In this document: positions 29,570-38,455 of the stretch, in pieces | How the letters are laid out: every line of letters starts with the position of its first letter | Numbering within the stretch: the first letter of the stretch is position 1 | Made by a program: the position numbers and the translations under genes | NCBI GenBank assembly: GCA_045643445.1 | Contig: JAZUKT010000303.1 | Span: forward strand, 1-43,461 | Length of the DNA stretch: 43,461 nucleotides | Source: Eubacteriales bacterium | GTDB lineage: Bacteria; Bacillota; Clostridia; Oscillospirales; CAG-272 | Reading direction: 5' to 3' | The notes under the pieces: generated by a model | What the model saw: only the letters and a program-made list of their open reading frames with translations | Told to the model about the DNA's origin: nothing | Databases searched by the model: none

Positions 29570-31195
29570 ATGATCATCAAACTTGCCATGATCGTCGTCT
29601 TCTTCGCAATCCTGCTCCTCGTCGGCATCGTAAGCCGCCGCAGCAGCAAGGGCGTTGACGGTTTCGTCCTCGGAGGCCGCTCGGTCGGTCCGTGGCTCAC
29701 CGCCTTCTCCTTCGGTACCTCATACTTCTCCGCCGTTATCTTCATCGGCTATGCCGGTCGTTTCGGCTGGAACTTCGGCCTCGCGTCCACGTGGATCGGT
29801 CTCGGCAACGCCTTCATCGGTTCCCTGCTCGCGTGGGTCATCCTCGGCCGCCGCACCCGCATCATGACGCAGCACCTCGGCAGCCGCACGATGCCCGACT
29901 ACTTCGGTCTCCGCTTCGGCTCGAAGGCGCTTCGCCTGACCGCCGCTGTTATCGTATTCATCTTCCTGATCCCTTATACGGCTTCCCTGTTCAACGGACT
30001 TTCGCAGCTCTTCTCCTCCGCCTTCTCCGGCGTCAGCTACGCATGGTGGGTCATCATCATGGCCGTTCTGACCGGCGTGTACGTCATCATCGGCGGTTAC
30101 ATGGGTGCTGCTGTCAATAACTTCATTCAGGGCATCGTCATGCTCGTCGGTATCGTCGCCGTCATCGGAGCCGTGCTGAAGGGTCAGGGCGGCCTCACCG
30201 AAGCGATCGCCAAGCTCTCCGCCGAAAGCACCGTCACCGCTGCCGGTACGACTTTCTCGGGTGCGTTCACGTCCTTCCTCGGCCCGCAGCCCGTTCAGCT
30301 CCTCGGCGTCGTGATCCTCACCTCGCTCGGCACCTGGGGTCTGCCGCAGATGGTCGGCAAATTCTACGCCATCAAGGATGAAGGCGCCGTTCAGAAGGGC
30401 ACGATCATTTCGACCGCGTTCGCTCTGATCGTGGCAGGCGGCTGCTACTTCCTCGGCGGTTTCGGCCGTCTCTTTGCCGCTGACATCGCGCTCACAGAAG
30501 CCGGCGCTCCCGCCTCCTTTGACACGATCATTCCGGCGATGCTCAATTCCGTCTGCTCGAAGATCGGCGTCTCCGGCGACTGGCTCATGGGTCTCGTTCT
30601 GATCCTCGTGCTCGCCGCGTCGATGTCTACGCTCGCTTCCCTCGTCATCACCTCCGCTTCCACCATTGCGCTTGACCTCGTCCGCGTCGTCCGCCGCAAC
30701 AAGGAAGTCAAGGAATCCCGCGAAGTACTCCTGATGCGTTTCCTGATCGCGCTCTCCATCGTGATCGCCGCCGCTATCGCCATCCTCGTCGCGTTCAACA
30801 AGGAAATGGCAAGCCGTCTCTACATCTCCGATCTGATGGGCATTTCCTGGGGCACGCTCGCCGGATGCTTCCTCGCACCGTTCATGTACGGTCTCTTCTG
30901 GAAGAAGGTCACCCGTCCTGCCGTGTGGGCAAGCTTCGTGACCGGCCTCGGCATCACCATGACGGAATTCGTGATCACCTCCGTCCTCGGTATTCATCTT
31001 GAAAACGCCGTGCTCAGCTACTTCTTCAACTCCGCCATCAACGCCGGTATGCTTGCGATGCTCGTCGGTCTGATCGTCGTTCCCGTCGTCAGCTGGCTCA
31101 CGCAGAAGCGCGTTCCCGACGGTGTATCCGATATGTTCGCCTGCTACGATCAGAAGGTCTCCGTCCCGGTCAGCACGGCGCTCAACAAGGACTGA
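29570..31195 (+). CDS. Sodium:solute symporter (SSS family), substrate unknown
   Basis: About 13 TM helices. GGRSVGPWLTAFSFGTSYFSAVIFIGYAG is the SSS signature region, closest by eye to the PanF/PutP-type pattern. Start set at ATG 29570 (AAAGGA RBS), because the longer ORF would overlap the T-box terminator. Confidence 0.85.
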   Translation: MIIKLAMIVVFFAILLLVGIVSRRSSKGVDGFVLGGRSVGPWLTAFSFGTSYFSAVIFIGYAGRFGWNFGLASTWIGLGNAFIGSLLAWVILGRRTRIMTQHLGSRTMPDYFGLRFGSKALRLTAAVIVFIFLIPYTASLFNGLSQLFSSAFSGVSYAWWVIIMAVLTGVYVIIGGYMGAAVNNFIQGIVMLVGIVAVIGAVLKGQGGLTEAIAKLSAESTVTAAGTTFSGAFTSFLGPQPVQLLGVVILTSLGTWGLPQMVGKFYAIKDEGAVQKGTIISTAFALIVAGGCYFLGGFGRLFAADIALTEAGAPASFDTIIPAMLNSVCSKIGVSGDWLMGLVLILVLAASMSTLASLVITSASTIALDLVRVVRRNKEVKESREVLLMRFLIALSIVIAAAIAILVAFNKEMASRLYISDLMGISWGTLAGCFLAPFMYGLFWKKVTRPAVWASFVTGLGITMTEFVITSVLGIHLENAVLSYFFNSAINAGMLAMLVGLIVVPVVSWLTQKRVPDGVSDMFACYDQKVSVPVSTALNKD

Positions 31196-31217
31196 TAATC
31201 TAAAACCGAATATTCAG

Positions 31218-31256
31218 AAAAGGCGTGCTGCTCTCAACGAACGGCACGCCTTTTTA
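31218..31256 (+). terminator. Intrinsic terminator after the symporter
   Basis: AAAAGGCGTGC...GCACGCCTTTTT. The 8-bp GC-rich stem is 31221..31228 / 31244..31251. Confidence 0.7.
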
Positions 31257-31263
31257 TATCGTT

Positions 31264-31303
31264 CAAAAGAAAAGCGCCCGTCCGCCGAAGCAGAGGAGCG
31301 CTT
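31264..31303 (-). terminator. Possible terminator after the 766-aa ORF
   Basis: Minus strand: AAGCGC...GCGCTT followed by TTCTTTTG. The stem is 6 bp and the loop is large. Confidence 0.4.
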
Positions 31304-31312
31304 AAACGATAT

Positions 31313-33613
31313 TCAGTTCAGCGTGAAGATGGCGCTGCAATGGCAGTCTGCCGACGGACGGATCTTGACCCAGTGAGCGGCAAAGCCTTCCGGGAATTCA
31401 AAGGTCTGTCCTTCACCCGGCTCGACCGTAAAGGTCTTCCAGCAGCCGTAGGTGCCGCCGCCTTCGAAGTCCACGTCGATCATGAAGCTGACCGGCTCTT
31501 TCTGATCGTGCGACAGTTTCAGCGAAACGTGACGGTAGCCCATGAGGAGGAACGGCTCGGACTGTTCGTTGCGGTAGAGGAAGCCGCCGTCGATCGGGCC
31601 GCCAACGCCGGACGGGGTACCCATGCGCCACAGATCATCGACATTGCCGAACCAGAGGCCGGTGCCGTCGTCAGCGCGGACGATATGCTCGCTGTCTTCC
31701 TTCGCGTCAACGCCGGTCAGAACGAGCAGACCGCGCCACGAGCAGAAGTCAGTGATGCGTACATTCGGTGTTGCGACAGGCTTGATCTTGAAGAGGCCGT
31801 CGGACGCCGGACGCGGAACTTCGTAGAACGTACCGCCGAGATACATCATGCTGCGTTCCGTGACGACTTCGCGCGTGATACGGGCGGCATCCAGCTGATC
31901 AAAGACGGGATTGCCCTTCGCCACGTGGAACTTATTGCCGAAGCAGTCGATGAGGACGAAGCTGTGGCCGGTGTCGCGGACGATCGGATCGAAGAAGACT
32001 TCGGCGTCCACGTCGGGCATCGGATCGGGCGTCGGAACGGCTTTCAGCTTCATGTCGCCGCCGATCTCATAGGTACGGATGCTGCCGTCGGGATTCGTGA
32101 GGTAATACTGCATCCGCATATCGAGGCCTTCCAGCGGGTATAGCTTACCGGCGCAGAAGTCACCGGGCTTGTCGGCCTTGTGGAGCCCCTTGAGCAGCGA
32201 TTCGTCTACGGCAACGTCGTTCTTCATACGGAGATGGAAGAACGCGCTGACGCCCGTAGCATCGCGTTCAGGCACGATACGAACCCATTCGGTCCCTTCG
32301 GGCAGATCGAGCGGGATCTGTACGTAAGAGTAGCCGTGGATCTCGATAGACTGAACAGGTGTCCACGCCTCCCAGCCGTGCTTATCGCATTCGATACGGA
32401 AGGTGACGCGGAGCATATCGCCGTTATAGATGTGCAGCGTTTTGAGATCGAATCCGCCGACGAAGAACGCTTCCGACGGTTCGTTGCAGATGACGTTTTC
32501 GTGGCTCCAGACGCCGCCGAAGCCGAGCGGTTCGCTCATCGCCTCGAGGTCTTCGTACTTCGCAAACCAGAGGTTGCTGGACTGCTGACCGAGCAGCGGA
32601 TTATCGAACGGAGACGCGTCGTCGCACGCAAAGGCCAGTTCGTCACCGAAGTTATCCCAGTCAGCGATCATCTTGAGGTGACGGCAGATCGGGCGGATGC
32701 CGTTCTTCTGCAGCGGCGTGAACTGTCCCGGGAAGTCGTAGAACATCCCGTGCATGCACATGAGGTAATGATCCGGGCCGATCTGACGGATTCTCGGCCA
32801 TTCGGTGTACCAGCCGTGGTCGGCGTCCTGCGTATAGCTTGCCTTCGGCAGACGGTATCTCGTCCAGCGTCCGCTTTCACGAACGTTCAGAAGGACGGAT
32901 TTATCATCCCAGCCGAGCGCCCACACGGGATCGGTCGAGGAAGTCGGTCCGTTGATGCCGCCGGGGCCCGTGATTTCCGTATATTTATTGCGGTCGATGA
33001 CCTTCCAGTTTGCTTTCTTCTGCGCGTCGCCCTTACCGTCCCATTCGGCGAGGATGCCGAGGTGGCCGTTATTCGAGAACATGCAGACACCCTGCGCGGA
33101 GTAGCAGCCCTTGCCGTGGTTGCCGAACAGCTTTTCCTTTACCGTATGCAGGCCGGAATCGTTGCAGAGATCACGGCGCAGGCGGCGGATCGCCATCGTA
33201 TTGACGTTGACTTCATAGAAGCCGTCTTCCATCGTATTGATGTAAACCCATTCGTCCGGGTCGTTCAGCGAAAGAGCGGCGCCCGTCAGACGGCCTTCCA
33301 GCTTTTTCACGTCATAGGCCTTGATCGTGCCGTCTTTGTCAATGACGTACGCGCCGAGGATCAGCTTGCCGGTCTTCGGGTGGATCATTCTGTTCGCATC
33401 GGTGCCGCCGACGCTTTCGGGATGCACCACGAGATCCAGAGATTCGTCGATGCTGTACAGTTTATCCGTACTGCCGGTCGGACGGGCTGCCGGATAGGTG
33501 ATCCAGTACAGGCGTCCGCCGTAATTGACGACAGCGCCGATACCGCATTCGCTATGCTCATCATTGGTTACGGCCAGATGCGGATATATGCCGCTGAAAC
33601 GTGGGTAATTCAT
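31313..33613 (-). CDS. 766-aa cytoplasmic protein of unknown function (no family recognised)
   Basis: The frame is long and clean, with AAAGGAG 8 nt upstream of ATG 33613 (MNYPRFSGIYPHLAV...). There is no signal peptide or TM helix. It is rich in W/Y/G/D. The opposite-strand 518-aa ORF is an Arg-rich shadow. Confidence 0.8.
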   Translation of the reverse strand: MNYPRFSGIYPHLAVTNDEHSECGIGAVVNYGGRLYWITYPAARPTGSTDKLYSIDESLDLVVHPESVGGTDANRMIHPKTGKLILGAYVIDKDGTIKAYDVKKLEGRLTGAALSLNDPDEWVYINTMEDGFYEVNVNTMAIRRLRRDLCNDSGLHTVKEKLFGNHGKGCYSAQGVCMFSNNGHLGILAEWDGKGDAQKKANWKVIDRNKYTEITGPGGINGPTSSTDPVWALGWDDKSVLLNVRESGRWTRYRLPKASYTQDADHGWYTEWPRIRQIGPDHYLMCMHGMFYDFPGQFTPLQKNGIRPICRHLKMIADWDNFGDELAFACDDASPFDNPLLGQQSSNLWFAKYEDLEAMSEPLGFGGVWSHENVICNEPSEAFFVGGFDLKTLHIYNGDMLRVTFRIECDKHGWEAWTPVQSIEIHGYSYVQIPLDLPEGTEWVRIVPERDATGVSAFFHLRMKNDVAVDESLLKGLHKADKPGDFCAGKLYPLEGLDMRMQYYLTNPDGSIRTYEIGGDMKLKAVPTPDPMPDVDAEVFFDPIVRDTGHSFVLIDCFGNKFHVAKGNPVFDQLDAARITREVVTERSMMYLGGTFYEVPRPASDGLFKIKPVATPNVRITDFCSWRGLLVLTGVDAKEDSEHIVRADDGTGLWFGNVDDLWRMGTPSGVGGPIDGGFLYRNEQSEPFLLMGYRHVSLKLSHDQKEPVSFMIDVDFEGGGTYGCWKTFTVEPGEGQTFEFPEGFAAHWVKIRPSADCHCSAIFTLN

Positions 33614-33687
33614 GGGGATTTCTCCTTTGGATTCATTGCGCAGACGTTTTTTGAGGCTGAAACGGCATACGCAGTAATACAAGGTAT

Positions 33688-33716
33688 AGTGTACTTTATT
33701 TATCCTTTTTTGTCAA
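33688..33716 (-). promoter_or_regulatory. Putative promoter of the 766-aa ORF
   Basis: Minus strand: TTGACA (33716..33711), 17 nt, TACACT (33693..33688). Confidence 0.4.
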
Positions 33717-33763
33717 TAATATTTCGTTTTTTTTGACTGATATTACTTTTTTTCGGACGGATC

Positions 33764-33792
33764 ATGACAAATCCGCGATAATATGGTATAAT
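33764..33792 (+). promoter_or_regulatory. Putative promoter (extended -10) of the GH172 gene
   Basis: ATGACA (33764..33769), 17 nt, TGGTATAAT (-10 at 33787..33792). Confidence 0.55.
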
Positions 33793-33839
33793 GGGGTATC
33801 ACCCACTGACGAAGTCATCGGAAAGGATCGGTAACGTCC

Positions 33840-34910
33840 ATGTTCAACGGACTCGGTATGAATCTCGGCAATCTCTCCCGCCTCTCTGACGCGAAAACGC
33901 GCTCCATTTCGGCGGAAAACTTCACAGGCGAAAAAGGCAAGGCCGCCATGGCGATGAAAAATCCCGATTTCGGATGGAAGTCCTCGCCTTGCGTACACGT
34001 TGCTCCCGGCGCAACCTTTACGCTCGCCGAAATCGAAGGCCCCGGCGCAATCCAGAGTATGTGGTTTGCCGGCACGATCACGCACTGGGGATGTGTCATC
34101 CGCATTTACTGGGACGATCAGGAAAATCCGTCGGTCGAGGCGCCGATCAACGCTTTCTTCGGCCTCGGCTACAACGACAATGTGAACGACGACACGGAGC
34201 GCTTCCCCGTTCTCTCCTCGCTCCCCGTTCTCGTCGCGCCGAACCGCGGGTTCAACTGTTTCTGGGAAATGCCGTTCCGCAAAAAATGCCGCATCACCAT
34301 CGAAAACCTGACCGAAAAGGAAAAATCCTGCTTCTATCAGATCAATTACACGCTGACCGACGTGCCGGACGACGCCGCATATTTTCACGCGCAGTACCGG
34401 CAGGAACGCCCGGTCGAATATAAGAAAGAATACACGATCCTCGACGGCGTGGTCGGCAAAGGACATTATGTCGGCACGACGCTCTCGGTCGGACTGAATC
34501 AGGCCGGCGGCTGGTGGGGCGAAGGCGAGATCAAGTTTTATCTGGACGGTGACGGTCCATATCCGACGATCTGCGGCACCGGTACGGAAGACTACTTCGG
34601 CGGCGCGTGGAACTGGGACGTGAACGGCCGCTACACGACGTATTCGGCTCCCTTCATGGGAATGTTCACGGTCTCGAAGCCGGACGGGCTCTACAAATCG
34701 CAGATGCGCTTCTCCCTGTATCGCTGGCACGTCATGGATCCGATCCGCTTTGACGAAAATCTCAAAGTCACGCTGATGGATCTCGGCTGGCGGCGCAACG
34801 GTTTTCTTGCACGGCGCGATGATTTCATGAGCGTGGCGTTCTGGTATCAGACGCTGCCGACCGCGCCGTTCCCGAAGTTCCCCGATATCGACGAACTCGA
34901 GATCATCTGA
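33840..34910 (+). CDS. DUF2961 / GH172-family glycoside hydrolase
   Basis: ...SISAENFTGEKG..., GPGAIQSMWF, FFGLGYN, NCFWEMPFRK, YFHAQYR, GEGEIKFYLDGD and GTGTEDYFGGAWNW are the characteristic DUF2961 jelly-roll motifs. No signal peptide. Confidence 0.85.
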   Translation: MFNGLGMNLGNLSRLSDAKTRSISAENFTGEKGKAAMAMKNPDFGWKSSPCVHVAPGATFTLAEIEGPGAIQSMWFAGTITHWGCVIRIYWDDQENPSVEAPINAFFGLGYNDNVNDDTERFPVLSSLPVLVAPNRGFNCFWEMPFRKKCRITIENLTEKEKSCFYQINYTLTDVPDDAAYFHAQYRQERPVEYKKEYTILDGVVGKGHYVGTTLSVGLNQAGGWWGEGEIKFYLDGDGPYPTICGTGTEDYFGGAWNWDVNGRYTTYSAPFMGMFTVSKPDGLYKSQMRFSLYRWHVMDPIRFDENLKVTLMDLGWRRNGFLARRDDFMSVAFWYQTLPTAPFPKFPDIDELEII

Positions 34911-34921
34911 ATTTTTCCGAC

Positions 34922-34952
34922 AAAAAAGGGCGGGATCACTCCCGTCCTTTTA
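34922..34952. terminator. Bidirectional terminator between GH172 and the Gfo/Idh/MocA-like gene
   Basis: AAAAAAGGGCGGGA-TCAC-TCCCGTCCTTTT. Confidence 0.65.
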
Positions 34953-34963
34953 CTATTGCAGGA

Positions 34964-35797
34964 TTATTTCCGAACCTCTACCCACGTGCCCGGCGCGTAC
35001 TGGGCGTGCAGAGCGGCTTCGCGGACTGCCATGATGGCGATCGTTTCTTCCGGCTGAACCGGCGGAATGCGCGTCTCGCAGAATTCAAGGAACTCTTTGA
35101 TAAAGATCTTGAAGTAGCTCGATTTCGCTTCCACGACGCGCTTGCCCTGCTCGCCGGACAGATGCATCATGAACGGGCCGCCTTCGAGCGTATCGATCGT
35201 GGCAAGACGACCGTCTTCGAACTCGATAATAAGGTGCGTGCGATCCGCGTGGCTCATCGCCATGACACGCTTCGGCTCGCCCTTCATCATCATCATGACA
35301 GGTTCAAGCTGGTGGATGGAATAGGTATCCAGACCGCCGCCGCCCCACGAGCAGATATTGTCGAGGTGTCCCTGATCCTGATACTCCGTTGCGTAGCGGA
35401 GCGCGGACGAAGAGAAGCACGGCGTATTGTATTCCGCAGCCAGAGCGAACATACGCTTGGCAGACGCGGCATCCGGGGCGAACGTCTTATCAATGAACAC
35501 GGGCTTGCCGGATTTGAGCGGCAGGTTGCAGAGCATTTCATGAAGCTGGCAGTGGTCAGGCGAGAGCACCATGATGGCGTCGCTTTCTTCGATCACCTGC
35601 TGAATGCTGTCGGCGAGCTTGAAGCCCATATCCGCGCACCATTTATCGGTGGGACGTCTTCTCGGAACCGGGCTGTCCATCACGGCCCATGCGATCGTTA
35701 CTTTCGCTTCTCCGCCGGATATTTCTTCGATCCACGCGGGATAGCTGTTGGCGTGCCATTCGTCAAGGTAGTTGTCAATAAATCCGATTTTAAGCAT
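34964..35797 (-). CDS. Divergent Gfo/Idh/MocA-like protein lacking an obvious dinucleotide-binding glycine loop
   Basis: MLKIGFIDNYLDEWHANSYPAWIEE... and ...IMVLSPDHCQLHEMLCNLPLKSGKPVFIDKTF (in place of EKP). Its overall length and pattern parallel the 19657..20541 product. Confidence 0.55.
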   Translation of the reverse strand: MLKIGFIDNYLDEWHANSYPAWIEEISGGEAKVTIAWAVMDSPVPRRRPTDKWCADMGFKLADSIQQVIEESDAIMVLSPDHCQLHEMLCNLPLKSGKPVFIDKTFAPDAASAKRMFALAAEYNTPCFSSSALRYATEYQDQGHLDNICSWGGGGLDTYSIHQLEPVMMMMKGEPKRVMAMSHADRTHLIIEFEDGRLATIDTLEGGPFMMHLSGEQGKRVVEAKSSYFKIFIKEFLEFCETRIPPVQPEETIAIMAVREAALHAQYAPGTWVEVRK

Positions 35798-35878
35798 TGT
35801 TTTTTCTCCTTTTGGTAAGTTTCAGGATTATTTATTATTATAGCACGCAGACATTGCCATGTCAACGCCCGTTTTCCG

Positions 35879-35907
35879 TTGACACGCACCGATTTATTGA
35901 TTATAAT
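35879..35907 (+). promoter_or_regulatory. Sigma-A promoter of the GH2 gene
   Basis: TTGACA (35879..35884), 17 nt, TATAAT (35902..35907). Confidence 0.7.
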
Positions 35908-35938
35908 AAGATATCACGTACGAAGCAGGAGACTATCT

Positions 35939-38320
35939 ATGGAACGCAGAACAGAAGTACTGAAATACGGCTGGAAATTCCGGTTCTACCCCGACGGCTC
36001 GGCTCCCGCGGAAACCGTACTGCCCTCTTTTGACGACAGCGACTGGGAACAGGTACGCGTACCGCATGACTGGGCCATCAAGGGCGAATTCCGCAGCACC
36101 AACGACTGCACGTTCAGCAAGGTGTCGCAGGACGGGATCAACTATCCGATCGAACATACCGGCCGCACCGGCGCGCTTCCCATCGTCGGTCAGGGCGTAT
36201 ACCGGCTTTCCGTTGACGTTCCGGCCGATATGGAATCCCTGACGCTCGAATTCGACGGCGTGATGTGGGAATCCCATATCTATGTGAACGGTCAGCACGC
36301 CTTCTTCAATCATTTCGGCTACAAATCCTTTGAGGTCGATATTGCACCGTACGTCAACCCCGGCGAAAAGGCGCTGATCGCCGTCACAGCCTCCGTCTAT
36401 CACGACTGCTCCCGCTGGTATCCCGGCGCGGGCATCTATCGTCACGTGCGGCTGGTATCGAAATCCGCCGCGCACATCGTCTACAGCGGGATCTGGCTGC
36501 GTCAGCTTGAAGTACGCCCGGATCTGGCGGCGTTCGAATTATCCGTGGAGCATACGGCATCGGATTCCGCCGTTCTCCATGCGGAAATTTTCTCGCCGAG
36601 CGGTGAAGCCGTCTGCGTGGCCGATCACGGGACGTACAGAGGGGCGTTATCCACGGTTTTATGTATTCCCTCGCCCGTTCTCTGGAGCACCGACGAACCG
36701 AACCTCTACACGGCGCATATTGAGTTGAGAAGCGCCGACGGTCAGGTGCTCGATGCGGAAAACGTGAGATTCGGTATCCGCACGCTCGAATTCACGGCTG
36801 ATCACGGATTTTTCCTCAACGGGAAGCACATGAAGCTGAACGGTGTCTGCAATCACCACGACCTCGGCTCCATCGGCGCTGTCGTCAGCGTTCCGGCTCT
36901 CCGCCGTCAGCTCCGTCTGATGAAAGAAATGGGCGTGAACGCCATACGTACCTCCCACAACCCGCCGTCACCGGAGCTTCTCGATCTCTGCGACGAGATG
37001 GGCTTCTGCGTCATGGATGAGCTGTTCGACGAATGGCGCCTGCCGAAAATTTCGAACGGCTATGCAAAATATTTTGACGAACACGCCGAAGCGGACACCG
37101 TCGAAACGATCCGCCGCGACCGCAATCATCCCTCTGTTATTCTGTGGTCCATCGGCAACGAGATCAACGAACAGTGGGATCCCGAAGGCTGGCGCGACGC
37201 GAAATTTTTGACGGAAACCTGCCATCGCACCGACCCGACACGCCTCGTCACGGCCGGTATCTCTTATCCGGACGGCGCTTTTGAAAATCACATGACCGAC
37301 TATATCGACGTGATCGGTCTGAACTACAAGCCGCTGCTCTATGAAGAATTTCACCGGGCGCATCCGACCGTCAGATTCGTCGGCAGCGAAACGGATTCCT
37401 GCGTTTCCACCCGAGGCGTCTACCATCTCCCGGCATCAGTCGGCATCCCGGTCAACACGCACGATGATTTGACCATCAGCGCCTACGATCTGGATGCGAC
37501 CGCGTGGGGCAATTATCCCGAACGCGAATGGGCGGCGCAGGACGACTGTGAATTCCTCGCAGGCGAATTCGTCTGGACGGGCATGGATTATCTCGGCGAA
37601 CCGACTCCCTACCGCGCAGAATGGCCCGCACGTTCCGCTTATTTCGGGATCGTGGACATCACCGGGCAGCCGAAGAACCGCTTCTACGGCTACAAGGCGC
37701 ACTGGACGGACGAAAAAGTCCTGCACGTCTTTCCGCACTGGAACTGGGAAGGCATGGAAGGCAAGATCGTCCCGGTTCACGCCTATACGAGCTGGCCGTC
37801 GGCTGAATTATTCATCAACGGAAAATCCTTCGGCGTGCGCAGATTTGCCGAGGACGGCGAGATCGAGCGCTACCGGCTGATCTGGGACAACGCCGTCTAC
37901 GAGCCCGGCGAGATCAAAGTCGTGGCGTACGACGAGCACGGCGCTCCCGCAGCGGAAGAAAGTATCCGCACCGCCGGGAAGCCGCATCACGTCGTTCTTA
38001 CAGCGGAACGCGACGTCATCACCGCCGACGGCGACGATCTCGTATACGTGAAAGCCGCCATCGTCGATGAAAACGGCACGCTCTGCCCGCTTGCCTCTGA
38101 TCGGTTGTTCTTCTCGGTGGACGGCGCGGGTGAACTGCTTACGACGGACAGCGGCGATCAGCGCGAAACCGAATCGTTTGCGCGGCCCGACAAAAAGGCG
38201 CTCGCCGGAACCTCAGTCGCCTGCATCCGTTCCGTCGTCGGCCGCCCCGGCGATATCCGTATCAGCGTTTCGGCAGACGGGCTCGCCGGAGACTGCATCA
38301 CCGTAAAATCCGCAGAATGA
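35939..38320 (+). CDS. GH2-family beta-galactosidase/glycosidase, cytoplasmic
   Basis: GWKFRF..DDSDWEQVRVPHDW, NGVCNHHDLG, AIRTSHNPPSPELLDLCDEMGF and WSIGNE (acid/base), with C-terminal Ig-like domains. Start at ATG 35939 has an AGGAG RBS. Confidence 0.9.
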   Translation: MERRTEVLKYGWKFRFYPDGSAPAETVLPSFDDSDWEQVRVPHDWAIKGEFRSTNDCTFSKVSQDGINYPIEHTGRTGALPIVGQGVYRLSVDVPADMESLTLEFDGVMWESHIYVNGQHAFFNHFGYKSFEVDIAPYVNPGEKALIAVTASVYHDCSRWYPGAGIYRHVRLVSKSAAHIVYSGIWLRQLEVRPDLAAFELSVEHTASDSAVLHAEIFSPSGEAVCVADHGTYRGALSTVLCIPSPVLWSTDEPNLYTAHIELRSADGQVLDAENVRFGIRTLEFTADHGFFLNGKHMKLNGVCNHHDLGSIGAVVSVPALRRQLRLMKEMGVNAIRTSHNPPSPELLDLCDEMGFCVMDELFDEWRLPKISNGYAKYFDEHAEADTVETIRRDRNHPSVILWSIGNEINEQWDPEGWRDAKFLTETCHRTDPTRLVTAGISYPDGAFENHMTDYIDVIGLNYKPLLYEEFHRAHPTVRFVGSETDSCVSTRGVYHLPASVGIPVNTHDDLTISAYDLDATAWGNYPEREWAAQDDCEFLAGEFVWTGMDYLGEPTPYRAEWPARSAYFGIVDITGQPKNRFYGYKAHWTDEKVLHVFPHWNWEGMEGKIVPVHAYTSWPSAELFINGKSFGVRRFAEDGEIERYRLIWDNAVYEPGEIKVVAYDEHGAPAAEESIRTAGKPHHVVLTAERDVITADGDDLVYVKAAIVDENGTLCPLASDRLFFSVDGAGELLTTDSGDQRETESFARPDKKALAGTSVACIRSVVGRPGDIRISVSADGLAGDCITVKSAE

Positions 38321-38455
38321 CGCGGGTGTACGCGGATTCATCTGATTTTTTCTGACAAAAACTCCCTTGCTCCTTTTAGTTTTGACGGCGCATAATCTCC
38401 CATCATTTGCAAACACTAACCGTGCTGCCAATCAAAATCAAAGGAGATTGTATAG

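Noticed and set aside
38380-38455. Forespore (sigma-G/F)-type promoter for spoVT: GCATAA ... CACTAAC
   Set aside because: The spacing (18-19 nt) and the -10 match are marginal by eye. It is biologically plausible but not supportable without a position-weight-matrix scan or transcription-start data.
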